Of a stretch of DNA of 64,000 bases, positions 13,224-23,507 are shown in pieces. The stretch covers positions 1 to 64,000 of the forward strand of contig JAUCBJ010003471.1 of assembly GCA_032718475.1 (NCBI GenBank), in the 5' to 3' direction. This DNA is from Nemertoderma westbladi. Taxonomy: Eukaryota; Animalia; Xenacoelomorpha. Position 1 is the first letter of the stretch. The number at the start of each line of letters is the position of its first letter. Below the pieces are notes generated by a model. That model was not told where the DNA came from and did no database searches. It was given only the letters and a program-made list of their open reading frames with translations. Position numbers and translations under genes: made by a program.

Positions 13224-15574
13224 ACTGGTTCAGTATGCGTACCCATTAACCCGTACACCCATCACCAGTGCCAGATTAAGCCTCTGGTGGCCCTAAGGCA
13301 CATTTTAGTAATTTCCAAAAATGGCCCGAAAATTGATATTTTTCCGCAAACCCTTTCAAAAGAAAAAGCTGCTAAAAACAACTGAAACTGTTATAAAGTA
13401 TTATTATAAATTATTATAAAGTATTTTCGTTGGATGACTGCGTGTAAATAAGTACTAAGTACTATTTTGTGATAGACATAGTGTAGCAGTTACAAAATCG
13501 GTTCTAGAAGATCCAAATGGCCATGTTTTACAAACCAATATTCACGATTGTAGCCGTAAAGATGCTAAACATTTTGTATATTATGTTTAATGGAAATTGA
13601 GTAAAAAAATTTAAATGTAGTAGGGAATTTAGTGATGAAAAAAGTCAAAATCGACAAACTGATAAAAAGGTTGTTTTATACAGAGAGACATAAATATCAG
13701 CAATTATGTTGTTGAAAAGAGCAGTTTTGAGGTCAAAAAATAATTCAATGTTGAAAACCGATATCACCTTTTATGAAAGCCCTTCTATCAAACCACAACA
13801 AATTGTGTAAATTTTCGAAAATTTCATTTCTGTAGAGGTTATAGTGAGCCCCCTTAAAGCTGACTGGTCCCTGTACCTGTAGGTATTTAGCAATTTTGAT
13901 CGGATCGTGGAAATGTTTTATTTATTTGCTTTAGGGTAGGTTTCGCAGGGTACTTATCTTTACTGGACTTGCTGAGAAATATAACACACCAAGTGTGGGG
14001 CTTAGTGCAAAGATATAATATTTCTGATCTATATTTGGACTTGCTGAGAAAGCAATGTTCTTCGATAAGAGAAGTCTCGGAAATAAGTACTTTTTGTCAC
14101 TAATTTAAATTTACCCAAATTCAATTATGCTGCCCGAGAGTTTTAGGTTTTGCAGGAATTGCACCTAAAATGCCATCGAATGCAAAATTCAATACAAAAG
14201 GACAGAACATCTGAATTTCGGTTAAATTAAATTACAGTTATCAAATTACAGTTGACAAAAAGTTATTTCTGACACGTTTTTTTTATCAACAACTATTTTA
14301 TCTACAACAAATTTATCCTTTTTTTTTTATCTATTAGAGCCTATATTAATAAAACTCGTTTCCGGGGAAAAAAAAACTACCATCTTTAGGTCGTACATTA
14401 ACGACCTTGATTTACGATGTACAGTATTTCCAGTATGCAGGCATGTCAAAACGTCAATATTTAGTTGTTCTAGAAAGTTTTAAATACATAACTACAAATA
14501 ATTCCCCACAAATAAATAAAATTAAATTCTCCATTGTTCATAATTAGTACTTTAATGTTTTACTGCCCATGTTTTATTATTTCCCTGCCATCAGGTCTTG
14601 AACTAATAACACAAGCAGCTGTCAGTCGATTGAGCTACAATTTTGCAATTTCTACCACAAATCTAGTGATAGGAAGTAGTTGAAAGATGCACTTTTGTTC
14701 TGTTTTCTAGAAATTTTAGTGAGAAAAAATGTTGACTTTTCAGATAAAAATAATCACAGGAATGACTCGCTGAGAAAAAATGGCCCGTATTTTCGTCTGG
14801 CCCTAAGGCACGTGTCTTATATGCCTTAAGGTTAATCCGGCACCACCAAATTTTATATACTAATTAGTTTTTAATAATTTTTTTTTAATGTTCTAGAACA
14901 TGTTAGCTATTTGTTTATATAAAATAATGTTCTAGAACAAATAATTTTATTCTGTAACATCTTTTTATAAAAAAACAAGGTTTGTATTAAAATCGTATGT
15001 GTTCGTTATATCAACAGTGTCAGTATTTAGTATTTTAATATTTATCTGGAAAGACTATAATCTTTTATAAAAACTAGCTGGTTCTATACACTATGTGCCA
15101 CTTTTTGCGTAGAAAACATTCTGGGACACTATAGTACAGCAGCATAGGTCCTGTCTCAAAAATATGATATAGCTAGTAATTTTGATTTTGAGTTAGCTAG
15201 AACTAGTGAAAAATTGAAACTTAAAAAAAAAATTCACCAATTTTTTTCTTGTGAAAATTGATTTTATCATTGCTTTTAGTATTTATTACCTAGGCCTACC
15301 ATAAATTTTACTAGCTATCATAATAATTTTATTGAAAAATTTTAAAATATTAAAAAAATATATTTTATTTATTTTATACACGTTTTATAACCACCCCATG
15401 CTTTTTAAATACAAACCAGGCCTTTGTAAAAAAAAATGTTCTAGAACAAAAAATATTTGTTCTAGAACATTAATATTTTCAATTAAAATAGCTATCATGT
15501 TCTGGTACATTTGAAAAAAAAATTATCACAAACTAGCTAAAAATTTGGTAGGGAATGTACGCATACTGAACCAG
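13224..15574. mobile_element. TIR element (CTGGTTCAGTATGCGTAC ends) containing a nested element
   Basis: CTGGTTCAGTATGCGTAC at ~13225 and GTACGCATACTGAACCAG at ~15557; the TTCTAGAACA-rich interior (14860-15540) also resembles 1-400. Confidence 0.6.
13266..14843. mobile_element. hAT-like non-autonomous element (nested)
   Basis: CAGTGCCAGATTAA ... TTAATCCGGCAC termini with subterminal GGCCCTAAGGCAC at both ends; TSD not resolved. Confidence 0.55.
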
Positions 15575-15621
15575 GACGCTTCACTGCCTAATTAATCCCA
15601 GGTGGCCAAGATGTTCCAGTT

Positions 15622-16207
15622 GGGTATTAGTGTGGCCGTGGTGCCCACCTTTTGTCCAAATGTTTTCATGTGAAAATAACTATTATGGTGAATTATGATG
15701 ATTTTTTGTTCTATAACAAAAATTTTACCTTCTGACAATACCGTAAGATGTGAGTATTTTTTTTGCATGGTAGCTAGTGTTTGTAGGAGTATGTTTTTTC
15801 CAATTTTTTCATGTGAAAATGATTATTAACGTGAAGTTTGTTGTTCTAGAACAAAAATTTGACCTTCTGACAATAAGATGTGAGTATTTTTTTTGTACGG
15901 TAGCTAGTGTTTTTAGAAGTGTGTTTTTTCCATAGGATTTAATTGATACTAACTCACTTTCTTATTTCAAATTCATGCTATTATCCATAGAGAACGTATA
16001 AATTATTAAAATAAATTAACAAAAAAATATTTAAAAAAACACTAGCTAGTAAATAGTACTACTTATAGCAAGTAAAAAAAAAGAAAATTTATAGCTACCA
16101 TCTTAGCCTACTGTCAGAAGGTAAAATTTATTTCTAACACAAAAACACCTCATGATAGTCATTTTCAAATTGGTCAAAAAGTGGGCACCCAGGCCACACT
16201 AATGCCC
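15622..16207. mobile_element. MITE with GG..CC termini and 6-bp TSD CCAGTT
   Basis: GGGTATTAGTGTGGCC / GGCCACACTAATGCCC; CCAGTT at 15616-15621 and 16208-16213; empty site in the paralogous region near 20289. Confidence 0.8.
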
Positions 16208-16360
16208 CCAGTTGCAATACAGTATTGTTTCAACCAGTAATCAACTCTGCCTGCATGAATTCGCAAAAATACACAAAATATGATTATGAAAAATATTTCT
16301 ATTTCGCATTCATATTTGATGATTACATATTAGGTTAAAATAATCAATTAGTAAGTAATT

Positions 16361-17563
16361 TCAGTGTAATTTATAAGTTATTGTAGTACCGGTTGAATTA
16401 GAGGGAGTCATGTCATCAAGGCTGTAAAATAGATTGCCTTCACTGTCCCTCGGAACATCGGCTTCTATAATAATTATAGTTTTCCTACGCTCAGCTGTAT
16501 GGAGAGTGAGTGATATAGATGATGATGTTGAGACTATAGACATCGGAAGTGATCCCTTAGGCAACGAATGGACCCTCTTCGTCCGGCGTCGACGTCTTCT
16601 AGATTTTGTATTCAAACAACTTTCTAAACAGATGGTCGTCGCCTGCTGCCGGAACTTAAGATTAGTAGCGGAATATATAAAAAAATTAGAAGCGCAATAA
16701 AGTATCGTTCCAAATTTACCCAAATCGTCCCACAAAACAGAATGATAGAGAGCTTCTTCCTCTGGGTGATAAATAAAGCACTTACCACAACTGTTAGCGA
16801 CCTGGCGCGGTATAATGGCCCAATATATGATTTCTATCATTCTTGGTAGAAGTAATATGACATTACAAGCCATGGAATAATATAATCGTTTCGTGTGGCC
16901 TCTGATCGGATGATGCCCGAGATGTTTTTTGTTTATTTTATACAAAGCTGGTAAAATCATAACAGCAATTGTTAAAATCGGAATTCCCAATTCTGTAAGT
17001 ACGGCAAAGCCTCTATCCTCTAGAGCAATAAATGTCTCAGAGTGGCTATGGATGCCGCAAACATAGATATTATCTTCGTCGTACTTGGGAATGTACTTGA
17101 AGGTCAATGGGATTGTACTGAAAAACCCCAAAAATACACTGATAACTTTCCCGATATTAAGATGAATTGCTTTTACTTTCTTCATGTGCCAATACTTGGC
17201 AAAGACAGACGCACATCGGTCGACCCCAACAACTCCGGTCAATAAGATAGAAGAACGAAATGAGCCGGAACGCCACCACGGACACAAGGAACACCTTAGA
17301 ACCACGAGAAAATCGAAGCTATCCGGGGTATCCGACGGGTGGCATTCAGGGTGTTGTGCCCAATTTATCACAATTATTGTCGCGACGATGTAATTAATAT
17401 TCATTATTGATGTTAAAATCACTACGTCTCCAAATCGACTCTTCCGTAAGATTCTGGTGTTACAAATGATCAAAAATGTCATTGTTGTGAAACCAACACA
17501 TACTATGCCAACCACATTTAAAATAATGTCAGCTATTTTGCATTCACTACTAATGTTTCCCAT
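16361..17563 (-). CDS. Rhodopsin-like (class A) GPCR, intronless, copy 1
   Basis: 400 aa, seven hydrophobic segments, DRC at the end of TM3, ECL2 Cys, LLLP in TM6, ASNFFIY in TM7 followed by NLKFRQ helix 8, N-terminal NIS sequon. Confidence 0.85.
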   Translation of the reverse strand: MGNISSECKIADIILNVVGIVCVGFTTMTFLIICNTRILRKSRFGDVVILTSIMNINYIVATIIVINWAQHPECHPSDTPDSFDFLVVLRCSLCPWWRSGSFRSSILLTGVVGVDRCASVFAKYWHMKKVKAIHLNIGKVISVFLGFFSTIPLTFKYIPKYDEDNIYVCGIHSHSETFIALEDRGFAVLTELGIPILTIAVMILPALYKINKKHLGHHPIRGHTKRLYYSMACNVILLLPRMIEIIYWAIIPRQVANSCGKCFIYHPEEEALYHSVLWDDLGKFGTILYCASNFFIYSATNLKFRQQATTICLESCLNTKSRRRRRRTKRVHSLPKGSLPMSIVSTSSSISLTLHTAERRKTIIIIEADVPRDSEGNLFYSLDDMTPSNSTGTTITYKLH

Positions 17564-17934
17564 TGCTATATATTTATTTTCGTTGTTCTAAATAATTCGC
17601 TACTGAGATATATGAAGATCAAATAGTTCTAGAACTAAGTAGCAAGTTACTGTATTATCGTTTTAATATAACAACAATTTATTGTTTCTTTGGAGATTCA
17701 ACAGAACCGCTTTTAAGTAACACAAGACTACCGCCTACTTCTACTGGTGTGGTATAATGGTTTGGATTTTGGTTTATTCTTTTAGGGTTGGTTGGTCAGG
17801 TAAGACTAGGTTATCATTTTACCATGCATATTCACAAGACATCAGAATAAATAATTAAGATAAACTCATCTCCTCGCATGGTATCCGAAAACCCCTCTCA
17901 GTGTTATAATTACAATTAATTACTGTATATCTTG

Positions 17935-18336
17935 ACTTGAGGAGTTTTTCATACCATTTATTCTACTAACAAATAACCCGATTTTGTTACCTTGTTAACT
18001 TCCATATAACCGTTAATCCGCCGACATCCTTCGAAATCAGTTCGTTCGAACTGATTCCAGTAGCATCGGAGAAGGACCAGCCTTTCTTCCTAAAATGCGA
18101 GAGGATTCGGTTAAACCTCGCGTGTTTCTATCTGAATATATATTATGCACGCGGAAGCAACTGACATAAGGATGTAAACGCTAGCCGAAAACCAACAACC
18201 ACAGCCGACAATCGTTACCGGTATTATGAACACAAATTAAACTGGTGTTCGCAAATCTATAATTAACATTCACTGTAGAATGATGGCGCAGTGGCGTTTA
18301 CACCCCAAATTAACAACCATCTGATATATTCCTCAC
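17935..18336 (-). pseudogene. Degenerate duplicate of ERGIC3 exon 3 with flanking intron
   Basis: Aligns by eye with 10085-10524 (CCTTGTTAACTTCCATATA, GATTCCAGTAGCATCGGAGAAGGACCAGCCTTTCTTCCTA, GGATGTAAACGCTAGCCGAAAACC); has an internal deletion. Confidence 0.85.
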
Positions 18337-18344
18337 TGGTATTG

Positions 18345-19365
18345 GTTGGTACGCTATGGTGGTCAAAAATCATTTTTCGAATTTAAATTCGTTTTGCGCA
18401 TCAAATGTCATCCAATGGGGACAAACTTTCATAGATACCAAATTTTTGATTTGGGGAGGATAGGAACCAGTGCCATGATCAACTTCTAGTACTCCTACTG
18501 TATTGATATTATGCTCATTAGAACCGCAATGACCGATTTAGTTGGTGTAGACACCTTCAAAGCAAGCGTAGAGTGGATAGTTATTGGGATAAATCACAAA
18601 ATGTGGAGTCCGGCACAAGTCAACATTTAGTGTATTGATGAGATATTGACAAATACATTAAAAATAATTAATGATACTTCTAATTATCTCAAGGCACCCA
18701 GAATTAACACCTAATTGCAATGATCGAATTCGGGGATGTAGAAAGAAACCTTACAAATAAGAATAGAGTGATTAGTGCTTGAGTTATTGTACAAAATGTC
18801 AATCAAGTATTGGTCCACCAATTGATGACCTTATATTGAGTTGACCCCTGTCCAGACATTTTGAACAATAACATGATAACTACTCAAATCACTCACACTC
18901 AACTCTTTTTTTAGCGTGTCTACAACCACAAAATCGATCATTGCATTGATGTGTCTATTCTTGATGCCTTGAGATAATTAGAAGTATAATTTTTATAGTG
19001 TATTTTGTCAATATCTCATCAATAAACTAATGTTGACTTGTGCCGGACTTCACCTTTCTGCAGTATCTCAAGAACTATAGGCTCAACACTTGTTTTGAAG
19101 GTCTCTGCACCAACTGAATCGGTCGTTACGGCGGTACTAATGATCATAATATCAATGCAGTAGCCCGAATGAGTACTAGAAGTTGATCATCACAAAAATG
19201 GGGAATATGAATATGACTCACTTACCCCAAGGGCGGGATCTGCCACTGGTTAATGTCATCCCCAAAACAAAATTTTAGTATCTATCAATGTTTGTACCCA
19301 TTTGATGTGCGAGAAGAGTTAAAATAATAAAAAAAACGTTTTCTCGCACCGCCCTATTGGTACCC
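18345..19365. mobile_element. ~1-kb palindromic foldback element
   Basis: Inverted matches such as ATGATCAACTTCTAGTACTC / GAGTACTAGAAGTTGATCAT, CCGGCACAAGTCAACATT / AATGTTGACTTGTGCCGG, TACTTCTAATTATCTCAAGGCA / TGCCTTGAGATAATTAGAAGTA. Confidence 0.85.
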
Positions 19366-19389
19366 GTGTACGTGATCTGGTTGTGGTTG

Positions 19390-19655
19390 TATCCGACGAC
19401 ACATGCATCTGGACCCTGCACTGCACATGCAACAGGCAGACAGGTACTGGGACACACAGAGACGGAATCGATAGACGTGTAGCTACTCACCTAGCTGGCT
19501 GGCAGGCTGATACGGATACTTGAGCACCTGGTGCCGGTCCCGGTACGGTACTGCCGGTTGACTGCATTAGCTAATTTAGATTCCCTATACCAGCGATAAA
19601 CCTGCTATAGCTTTATGCGGTATTTTCCTATAGTCAACCAGAAAACCATTAACTG
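19390..19655. repeat. Duplicate of an ERGIC3 intron 1 segment (11445-11730)
   Basis: Shared GCACATGCAACAGGCAGACAGGTA, GGAATCGATAGACGTGTAGCTAC, ACTTGAGCACCTGGTGCCGG, TAGTCAACCAGAAAACCATTA. Confidence 0.8.
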
Positions 19656-20426
19656 TAACTATATATATATACTTTGCCTCGCAAGTATATAGGAAAGTAC
19701 TAAATACTACAATACAAAATGCTGTAATCTATACAGAATTGAGACTTGTCATTATGTTGGAAGAAAGTAATCTTATTTTAGCGTTACGGTGTATGAAATG
19801 ACCTTATTAATTTCAATATTAGTTTTCATTTGTCTGCACGAATGGGTTTTTAGATTATCTCACATTTCGCGGTCCAGTTCGCCACACTTTCAATCCAGTT
19901 CGGTGCAGATTCATGTAAGAGTATCCTACTTTTTTCACTAGGAAAAAATGAGTTATTTCCTTATTTTTCTCCAGATTTTAGGGAATATTTCAATGAAAAA
20001 GTAACAATTTAAGAATAAAATTAATTTTTTAAATACATTGTTGTAATAACTAGCTCACACAAAATGTCGAAAGGTTGCACTAGAACAAAAAACCGTAGGT
20101 AGGCCTCATACTTGTTATATTCTAATTCCTAAAGTGTTGACCACTATCCGACTGTTGTTAACCCCAGATGGTTGTGGGTGGAGTAGTTCTCGGATGGTAG
20201 GACACTCAGACTTACAACAACCATCAGTTTTGCGTCACAGAATGCAGACATACGGACGGACTAATTAATCCCAGGTGGACATGATGGCCCAGTTCCAATA
20301 TATTGATTCAATCAGTAATAAACTCTCCATGAATTCGAAAAATACACAAATAAGATTATGGAAAATATTTCGCATTCATATTTGATGATTACATATTAGG
20401 ATAAAATAATCAATTAGTAAGTAATT

Positions 20427-21611
20427 TCAGTGTAATTTAAATGTTAATGTAGTACCGGTTGATTTAGAGGGAGTCATGTCATCAAGGCTGTAAAATAGAT
20501 TGCCTTCACTGTCCCTCTGAACATCGGTTTTTTTACGCTCAGCTGTATGGAGAGTGAGTGATATAGAGGATGATGTTGAGAGTATAGACACTGGAACCGA
20601 TCCCTTAGGTAACGAATGGACCCTCTTCGTCCGGCGGCGACGTCTTCCAGATTTTCCATCCCAACAACTTTCCCAACAGATGGTCGTCGCCTGCTGCCGG
20701 AACTTAAGATTAGTAGCGGAATATATAAAAAAATTAGAAGCGCAATAAAGTATCGTTCCAAATTTACCCAAATCGTCCCACAAAACAGATAGATAGAGAG
20801 CTTCTTCCTCTGGGTGATAAATAAAGCACTTACCACAACTGTTAGCGACCTGGCGCGGTATAATGGCCCAATATATGATTTCTATCATTCTTGGTAGAAG
20901 TAATATGACATTACAAGCCATGGAATAATATAATCTTTTCGTGTGGCCTCTGATCGGATGATGCCCGAGGTGTTTTTTGTTTATTTTATACAAAGCTGGT
21001 ATAATCATAACAGCTATTGTTAAAATCGGAATTCCCAATTCTGTAAGTACAGCAAAGCCTCTATCCTCTAGAGCAATAAATGTCTCAGAGTGGCTATGGA
21101 TGCCGCAAACATAGATATTATCTTCATCGTACTTGGGAATGTACTTGAAGGTCAATGGGATTGTACTGAAAAACCCCAAAAATACACTGATAACTTTCCC
21201 GATATTAAGATGAATTGCTTTTACTTTCTTCATGTGCCAATACTTGGCAAAGACAGACGCACATCGGTCGAACCCAACAACTCCGGTCAATAAGATATAA
21301 GAACGAAATGAGCCAGAACGCCACCACGGACACAAGGAACACTTTAGCACCACGAGAAAATCGAAGCTATCCGGGGTATCCGACGGGTGGCATTCAGGGT
21401 GTTGTGCCCAATTTATCACAATTATTGTCGCTACGATGTAATTAATATTCAATATTGATGTTAAAATCATAAAGTCTCCAAATCGACTCCTCCGTAAGAT
21501 TCTGGTGTTACAAATGATCAAAAATGTCATTGTTGTGAAACCAACACATACTATGCCAACTACATTCAAAATGATATCCACTATTTGGCAATCACTACTA
21601 ATGTTTCCCAT
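20427..21611 (-). CDS. Rhodopsin-like (class A) GPCR, intronless, copy 2
   Basis: 394 aa, nearly identical to 16361-17563 apart from scattered substitutions and a 6-aa C-tail deletion. Confidence 0.85.
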   Translation of the reverse strand: MGNISSDCQIVDIILNVVGIVCVGFTTMTFLIICNTRILRRSRFGDFMILTSILNINYIVATIIVINWAQHPECHPSDTPDSFDFLVVLKCSLCPWWRSGSFRSYILLTGVVGFDRCASVFAKYWHMKKVKAIHLNIGKVISVFLGFFSTIPLTFKYIPKYDEDNIYVCGIHSHSETFIALEDRGFAVLTELGIPILTIAVMIIPALYKINKKHLGHHPIRGHTKRLYYSMACNVILLLPRMIEIIYWAIIPRQVANSCGKCFIYHPEEEALYLSVLWDDLGKFGTILYCASNFFIYSATNLKFRQQATTICWESCWDGKSGRRRRRTKRVHSLPKGSVPVSILSTSSSISLTLHTAERKKTDVQRDSEGNLFYSLDDMTPSKSTGTTLTFKLH

Positions 21612-22199
21612 TGCTATATATTTATTTTCGTTGTTCTAAATAATTCGCTACTCAGATATATCAAGATCAAGTAGTTCTAGAACTACTTCTATAAATTAGA
21701 AAACGCCTTGTTGCGTTGTAGCAAGTTACTGTATTATCGTTTTAAGAACAATAATTATTGTTTCTTTGGTGATTCAACAGAACCGCTTTTAAGTAACACA
21801 AGACTACCGCCTACTTCTACTGGTGTGGTATAGCGCTACTGTTATGTCTTACTGAGTTCATAATTACGATTTTGATTTTGGTTTAGTTTCTTTAGGGTTG
21901 GTTGGTCAGGTCAGACTAGGTTATAATTTTACCATGCATATCCTATTAATTCACAAGAGCAGTTTTGTGCAGCTTCTTTCAACGTCTTTTGGATATATAT
22001 ATTCAATTATTTATGCGTAGGCCCTATCCACTAGGAATATGTGCACGCCTATTTAATACAACAGTTAGTGAAACCTCCTGATCAATAAATATTTCAGTAT
22101 TCAGTTACCAAAATATTTACCAAACCGTGTTTCCTTATTGATCACCTTTTTTTTTATAACTCGTAAGTCTAATTTATTCACATAGATAATGAAACGTTA

Positions 22200-22290
22200 A
22201 TGTTAAACAATACCCACCACCAGCTGACGTTACTAGGCAACCAATGTAGGAGGGCAATTTAAAATGAAATCCTTTACCCGCCCCCAACAC
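22200..22290. promoter_or_regulatory. Promoter-like cluster: RFX X-box, CCAAT, GC box
   Basis: TGACGTTACTAGGCAACCAATG (X-box GTTACTAGGCAAC overlapping a CRE half-site and CCAAT) and CCGCCCCC, about 600 bp upstream of GPCR copy 2. Confidence 0.4.
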
Positions 22291-23507
22291 AGAAACAGTC
22301 TCTACGGTGTATGGAGCATACTACTGTATTTACCCCACCCTACCGAACTGCGCCAACACCCCAGGGTCTGAGTCCGCGTTAGCCAACCGGATCGATGAGT
22401 CGGTGAGGCCTCCCGCACCGGTATTGATCACCTTGTATTTCTCAAAATCCCATAGAAACTATATTCTCTCCGACTGCTCTGAGTTTGTGAAACCTTCTCA
22501 AATACTGTATATACCCTAACCTCTTTACTTTATCGTTAAACTCGTGTTTAAGACACTTTTAACCTACTAACTATAATAGTTACTGCGTTTGAGATTAATA
22601 GCAATAACGATTCAAATATAACATATATTTAGATTTCCGAACCATTCTATTACTTTTTTACTGATATTTAAAACATCTTGAGTTGCGACAATTCAACAAC
22701 AATCTAATAAGGGTGACCTAGATATATTTGACTATATGTTACCCAAGTTGTTATCTATTTTCAATAGCCCATAATTTTTTTGAAGCGATTATCACGCTAC
22801 CAACTTGTATCGGTGATACAAAAATTGAAGTATAACTTTATTTTCAATAAAATATATTCAACAAGCAACCAACATAGATATACAATATTGCAAATTAGAC
22901 AAGTACTAGATACATAAATCTTGATATAAATTGGATATTGTTATGAAATCCTAAAAAAAATACTATCAATCAATAGGCTTACCACCAAACTATCTAATCC
23001 ATATCAAAATGAAGACTTTTTCCGTTAGGCTGTTTTTTTTAAGTTTTTGCTTTAGTTGGTACATATTTATTAAAACTGTCAATGACGTCAGAAATCTAGC
23101 CCTGCGAAAAGGGCCATTTAGTTCGCTTTAGGTACAAGAAAACCGCAATAAATAACGTAACTGCAGATTCGTAGCGAGTATAGATAATAAACAACGAATC
23201 TGCTTTATATTCGTACAAATATTTTAAGTATTTTAATTTATATACTTTTTTTAAAATAGATTAGATAAGCTTACACTAGGCGATAAGTCTAGGTACAGCA
23301 GGTTATGGGGGAACGCCTAGCGCTGATGGTTGCGAGTCATTTAGTTTCGCGTTCAATTGAACCTTTGTGGTGAGTACCAATTTCTGATTGAGTTCAATAT
23401 TTATCAAATAAAATGAGTCGCTATAATTGAGTTGGTACTCGCGGTGTCGAATACGTTGAATCAGTTATAGTATCCAAGGTAACATCAAGGGCTTCATTGC
23501 ATTCGAT

